Source of the DNA: a virus
Taxonomy: Duplodnaviria; Heunggongvirae; Uroviricota; Caudoviricetes
Length of the DNA: 10,434 nt
IMG/VR virus record: IMGVR_UViG_2703719355_000005
Direction: 5' to 3' (one strand)
Positions 7,312-10,434 of this stretch are shown in pieces; the stretch's first letter is position 1; every line of letters begins with the position of its first letter. A program made the position numbers and the translations under genes. The notes beneath the pieces were generated by a model, which was not told the origin of the DNA, did not search any database, and saw only the letters and a program-made list of their open reading frames with translations.

Positions 7312-7657
7312 TTTTCAGAATGCCTTTGATGCTGCCCTTGCCGGGGTGGACAGTACGATTGTTGAAGTGATGGGGCTCTGTGCACAGTTCACCTCGGGGG
7401 CACAGTGTGGCAGCGAAGTTCAGGGGGTTTTTGACGATCCGGAGTCGCTGGGATTTGCCGGTAGCGGGGTCCGTATTGAAGGAAGCAGCCCGTCATTATT
7501 TGTGCGGACGGATACGGTTCGTGCTGTGCGGCGTGGTGACACGCTGACCATTAATGGTGAGACGTTCTGGGTGGATCGTGTTTCTCCGGATGACGGGGGC
7601 AGCTGTTATCTCTGGCTCAACCGTGGGCAACCACCCGCCGTTAACCGGCGACGATAA
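7304..7657 (+). CDS. FII: Head-tail connector protein (lambda gpFII-like)
   Basis: 117 codons from ATG 7304 (MRDFQNAFDAALA...GVFDDPESLGFAGSGVRIEGSSPSLFVRTDTVRAVRRGDTLTINGETFWVDRVSPDDGGSCYLWLNRGQPPAVNRRR), near-collinear with lambda FII (117 aa). The start overlaps the FI stop. Confidence 0.9.
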   Translation: MRDFQNAFDAALAGVDSTIVEVMGLCAQFTSGAQCGSEVQGVFDDPESLGFAGSGVRIEGSSPSLFVRTDTVRAVRRGDTLTINGETFWVDRVSPDDGGSCYLWLNRGQPPAVNRRR

Positions 7658-7672
7658 ACGCAGGGTGAAATT

Positions 7673-8248
7673 ATGGCGATAAAAGGGCTTGAGCAGGCGA
7701 TTGATAATCTGAGCCGGGTTCGTAAAAACGCCATTCCGGCGGCTTCTGCAATGACCATTAACCGCGTGGCCACAACGGCGATTAATCAGTCTTCATCACA
7801 GGTTGCCCGGGAAACCAGGGTGAGACGGAAACTGGTTAAGGAACGGTCCAGACTGAAACGGGCCACGGTCAGAAATCCGAATGCCAGAATTATCGTTAAC
7901 CGCGGTGATCTCCCGGTGATTAAGCTGGGGATCAGGATGCCGGGGCGTCGTCCGGACAGCATACTCAAAGCCGGTCAGCATCGTTATCAGCGGGCATTTA
8001 TCCAGCGATTAAATAATGGGCGCTGGCATGTTATGCAACGTCTTCCCCAGGCCAGATATAAGGAGGGCAATGACGACAAGGGAAGGAAAAAGCGTAATCG
8101 CCTTCCCATTCAGGTGGTGAAAATCCCGATGGCGGCCCCACTGAAACAGGCATTTGATGAGAATGTTGACCGTATCCGGCGTGAACGCCTGCCTAAAGAA
8201 CTGGCATACGCGCTGAAACAACAACTGAGGATTGCGATAAAACGATGA
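7673..8248 (+). CDS. Z: Minor tail protein Z (lambda gpZ-like tail completion protein)
   Basis: 191 aa; MAIKGLEQAIDNLSRV...INRVA...SQVARET.VRRKLVKER.RLKRATV.NP.ARI.VNRGDLPVIKLG...RERLPKEL.YAL..QLR matches lambda gpZ (192 aa). Confidence 0.9.
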   Translation: MAIKGLEQAIDNLSRVRKNAIPAASAMTINRVATTAINQSSSQVARETRVRRKLVKERSRLKRATVRNPNARIIVNRGDLPVIKLGIRMPGRRPDSILKAGQHRYQRAFIQRLNNGRWHVMQRLPQARYKEGNDDKGRKKRNRLPIQVVKIPMAAPLKQAFDENVDRIRRERLPKELAYALKQQLRIAIKR

Positions 8249-8640
8249 AACACACTGACATTCGTGCCGCAGTGCTGGATGCACTCGAGCAGCATGAACA
8301 CGGGGCGACGCTGTTTGATGGTCGCCCCGTTGTTTTTGACGAAGAGGATTTTCCTGCGATCGCGGTTTATCTGACGGATGCAGAGTATACCGGTGAAGAG
8401 CTGGATGCAGATACCTGGCGGGCCACACTGCATATTGAGGTGTTTTTACCGGCACAGGTACCGGATTCAGAGCTCGATCAGTGGATGGAAAGCCGGATTT
8501 ACCCGGCGATGACCGCGATCCCGGCACTGGCAGGACTGATTACCACGATGGTTACGCAGGGCTATGAGTATCGTCGTGATGACGATATGGCGTTATGGAG
8601 TTCTGCTGATTTGACTTATTCCATTACATACGAGATGTGA
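8245..8640 (+). CDS. U: Minor tail protein U (lambda gpU-like tail terminator)
   Basis: 131 aa; [79 protein letters not shown] matches lambda gpU (131 aa). ATGA overlap with the Z stop. Confidence 0.92.
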   Translation: MKHTDIRAAVLDALEQHEHGATLFDGRPVVFDEEDFPAIAVYLTDAEYTGEELDADTWRATLHIEVFLPAQVPDSELDQWMESRIYPAMTAIPALAGLITTMVTQGYEYRRDDDMALWSSADLTYSITYEM

Positions 8641-8647
8641 GGACGAT

Positions 8648-9400
8648 ATGCCAACACCAAATCCTCTGGCACCGGTAAAAGGTGCCGGTACCACCCTGTG
8701 GGTTTATAACGGTCAGGGTGATGCCTATGCAAACCCGTTGTCAGACGATAACTGGCAGCGACTGGCACAGGTAAAGGATCTGACGCCGGGCGAGATGACG
8801 GCAGAACCCTACGATGATAACTACCTGGATGATGAAGACGCGGACTGGACTGCGACCGGGCAGGGGCAGAAATCTGCAGGTGATACCAGTTTTACGCTGG
8901 CCTGGAAACCGGGAGAGGAAGGCCAGAAAGGGCTTATAGGCTGGTTTGAAAGCGGCGATGTCCGGGCCTATAAAATCCGTTTTCCGAATGGCACGGTGGA
9001 TGTGTTTCGTGGCTGGGTCAGCAGTATCGGTAAGGCCGTGACGGCGAAAGAAGTGATCACCCGCACGGTGAAAGTGACCAACGTGGGTAAACCTTCTGTA
9101 GCGGAAGAACGCAGCAAAATTACGCCGGTCAGTGCGATTAAGGTGACGCCGACATCCGGTACGGTGGCAAAAGGGAAAACAACCACCCTGACGGTTTCTT
9201 TTGAGCCGGAAAGTGCAACCGACAAAACGTTCAGAGCGGTTTCCGCCGATCCGTCAACGGGAACCATTGCTGTGAAAGATATGGCGATCACTGTGACGGG
9301 GGTTAAGGCTGGAAAAGTGAGTATCCCCGTGATTTCCGGTAATGGTCAGTTTGCCACGGTAGCTGAAGTCACCGTTACTGAAGCGGGCGCTGCAGGGTAA
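8648..9400 (+). CDS. V: Major tail protein V (lambda gpV-like) with a C-terminal Ig-like (Big_2-type) domain
   Basis: 250-aa ORF in the V position. The N-terminal domain resembles lambda gpV. The C-terminal roughly 90 residues (about 9110-9400; ...[30 protein letters not shown]...[13 protein letters not shown]...) have the beta-rich, T/V/S-rich pattern of the Ig-like domain known at the lambda gpV C-terminus. GAGGA lies before the ATG. Confidence 0.92.
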   Translation: MPTPNPLAPVKGAGTTLWVYNGQGDAYANPLSDDNWQRLAQVKDLTPGEMTAEPYDDNYLDDEDADWTATGQGQKSAGDTSFTLAWKPGEEGQKGLIGWFESGDVRAYKIRFPNGTVDVFRGWVSSIGKAVTAKEVITRTVKVTNVGKPSVAEERSKITPVSAIKVTPTSGTVAKGKTTTLTVSFEPESATDKTFRAVSADPSTGTIAVKDMAITVTGVKAGKVSIPVISGNGQFATVAEVTVTEAGAAG

Positions 9401-9413
9401 ACGGAGGTAATAC

Positions 9414-9845
9414 ATGTTTCTGAAAACCGAACAATTTGAATATAACGGTGTGTCCGTCACGCTTTCCGAGCTGTCTGCGCTGCAGCGTATCGAGCATCTT
9501 GCCCTGCTGAAACGACGGGCAGAACAGGCTGAAGCCAGCGGTAACCTGCAGGTGAGCGTGGAAGACCTTGTCAGAACCGGCGCGTTTCTGGTGGCGATGT
9601 CCCTGTGGCATAACCATCCACAGAAAACGGAGTCACCGTCAATGAATGAGGCCGTGATGAAGATAGAGCAGGAAGTGCTCACCACCTGGCCTGCCGATGC
9701 CATTGCCCGGGCGGAAGACGTGGTGTTGTGCCTGTCCGGGATGATCGAAGCTGTTCGTCCGGATACTGATATTACTGAAGTGGCGAAAAATAACACGCTG
9801 ACTGATGATGATTTTTCTGCGGGAAAGTCTTCGACGGCGAGCTGA
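9414..9845 (+). CDS. G: Tail assembly chaperone G (lambda gpG-like)
   Basis: 143 aa; MFLKTEQFEYNGVSVTLSELSALQRIEHLALLKRRAEQAE...TGAFLVAMSLWHNHPQKT..PSMNEAV..IEQEVLTTWP is near-identical in pattern to lambda gpG. GGAGGT precedes the ATG. Confidence 0.92.
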   Translation: MFLKTEQFEYNGVSVTLSELSALQRIEHLALLKRRAEQAEASGNLQVSVEDLVRTGAFLVAMSLWHNHPQKTESPSMNEAVMKIEQEVLTTWPADAIARAEDVVLCLSGMIEAVRPDTDITEVAKNNTLTDDDFSAGKSSTAS

Positions 9846-10285
9846 ACTTTGCCCTCAGACTGGCGCGTGAGATGGGGAGACCCGACTGGCGCGCCATGCT
9901 TGCCGGGATGACATCCACCGAATATGCCGACTGGCACCGTTTTTACCGCACGCATTATTTTCAGGATACCCAGCTGGATATGCATTTTTCCGGGCTGACG
10001 TACGCTGTACTCAGCCTGTTTTTTTGCGATCCGGATATGCATCCCTCTGATTTCAGTCTGCTTGTCCCCCGGCATGAGGAAGAGCAGGTGGAGAGGCTGG
10101 ATGAGGACAAAATGCTGATGCAGAAAGCGGCAGGACTTGCCGGAGGCGTCCGGTTCGGTGGGGACGGAGGGCGCGATATTTTATCGTCTGCGGATGTGGC
10201 GGATGTCATGGTGGATGATGCCGCATTAATGATGGCTTCAGCGGGGATTTCCGGAGGTGTGAGATATGTCCCAGCCGGTTGGTGA
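9414..10285 (+). CDS. Tail assembly chaperone G-T fusion, made by -1 frameshift at 9821-9827 (G frame 9414-9827, then T frame 9827-10285)
   Basis: The T frame (position mod 3 = 2) is exactly -1 relative to G (mod 3 = 0) and is open through the slip site to TGA at 10283-10285. Arrangement is conserved in lambda and many other tailed phages. Confidence 0.8.
9821..9827 (+). other. Programmed -1 ribosomal frameshift slippery heptamer G_GGA_AAG (G/G-T)
   Basis: gggaaag at 9821-9827, with GGA and AAG as zero-frame codons 22 nt before the G stop. The -1 frame continues as VFDGELNFALRLAREMGRPDWRAMLAGMTSTEYADWHRF..., which matches the lambda gpGT junction and T sequence. Confidence 0.85.
9827..10285 (+). 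CDS. T: T-frame segment of the tail assembly protein (lambda gpT-like), expected to be expressed only as the G-T fusion
   Basis: Open -1 frame encoding VFDGELNFALRLAREMGRPDWRAMLAGMTSTEYADWHRFYRTHYFQDTQLDMHFSGLTYAVLSLFFCDPDMHPSDF... The first ATG (9872) has no convincing independent RBS. Confidence 0.75.
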   Translation, partial: VFDGELNFALRLAREMGRPDWRAMLAGMTSTEYADWHRFYRTHYFQDTQLDMHFSGLTYAVLSLFFCDPDMHPSDFSLLVPRHEEEQVERLDEDKMLMQKAAGLAGGVRFGGDGGRDILSSADVADVMVDDAALMMASAGISGGVRYVPAGW

Positions 10286-10434
10286 TCTTGTTATTGACCT
10301 TAGTCTGGATGCGGTCCGTTTCGATGAGCAGATGAGCCGGGTAAGGCGTCATTTTTCAGGTCTGGATACCGACGCCAGAAAAACCGCCACTGCTGTTGAA
10401 CAGGGCCTGAGCCGTCAGGCGCTGGCTGCGCAAA
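10267..10434 (+). CDS. H: Tail tape measure protein, N-terminal fragment (lambda gpH-like); continues beyond the window
   Basis: MSQPVGDLVIDLSLDAVRFDEQMSRVRRHFSGLDTDARKTATAVEQGLSRQALAAQ matches the lambda gpH N-terminus (MAEPVGDLVVDLSLDAARFDEQMARVRRHFSG...SLSRQALAAQ). GGAGGTG lies upstream and the ATG overlaps the 3' end of the T frame. Confidence 0.92.

Noticed and set aside
8009-8527. 172-aa minus-strand ORF across the Z/U junction
   Set aside because: Antisense to two conserved tail genes, with no independent support.
9254-10075. 273-aa minus-strand ORF spanning the V 3' end, G and T
   Set aside because: Antisense to three well-supported tail genes including the frameshift region. The translation is low-complexity and rich in S/R/C, typical of a spurious antisense frame.
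1-10434. Search for CRISPR arrays, tRNA or rRNA genes, IS elements, integrase or att sites
   Set aside because: No direct-repeat and spacer periodicity, no cloverleaf-like tRNA candidates in intergenic gaps (which are all under 60 nt), no transposase-like ORFs, and no inverted-repeat termini were seen. The window is fully occupied by structural genes.

Overview
This window is a tightly packed, co-directional (+ strand) lambda-like head and tail morphogenesis module, probably from a lambdoid siphovirus prophage in an enterobacterial host. Gene order matches phage lambda: Nu1 (3' end), A, W, B, C with nested Nu3, D, E, FI, FII, Z, U, V, G/G-T, and the start of H. All calls rest on my recollection of lambda protein sequences and on reading frames; no database search was run. 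I found no integrase, att site, cos site, tRNA, CRISPR array, IS element or cargo gene, and no candidate novel defence system: the window is ordinary structural phage DNA. The most notable observations are an in-frame TAG at conserved codon 8 of the major capsid gene, a tandemly triplicated scaffold module in the C/Nu3 gene, a G-T -1 frameshift site, a clean intrinsic terminator after the capsid gene, and a G8 homopolymer inside the terminase gene.
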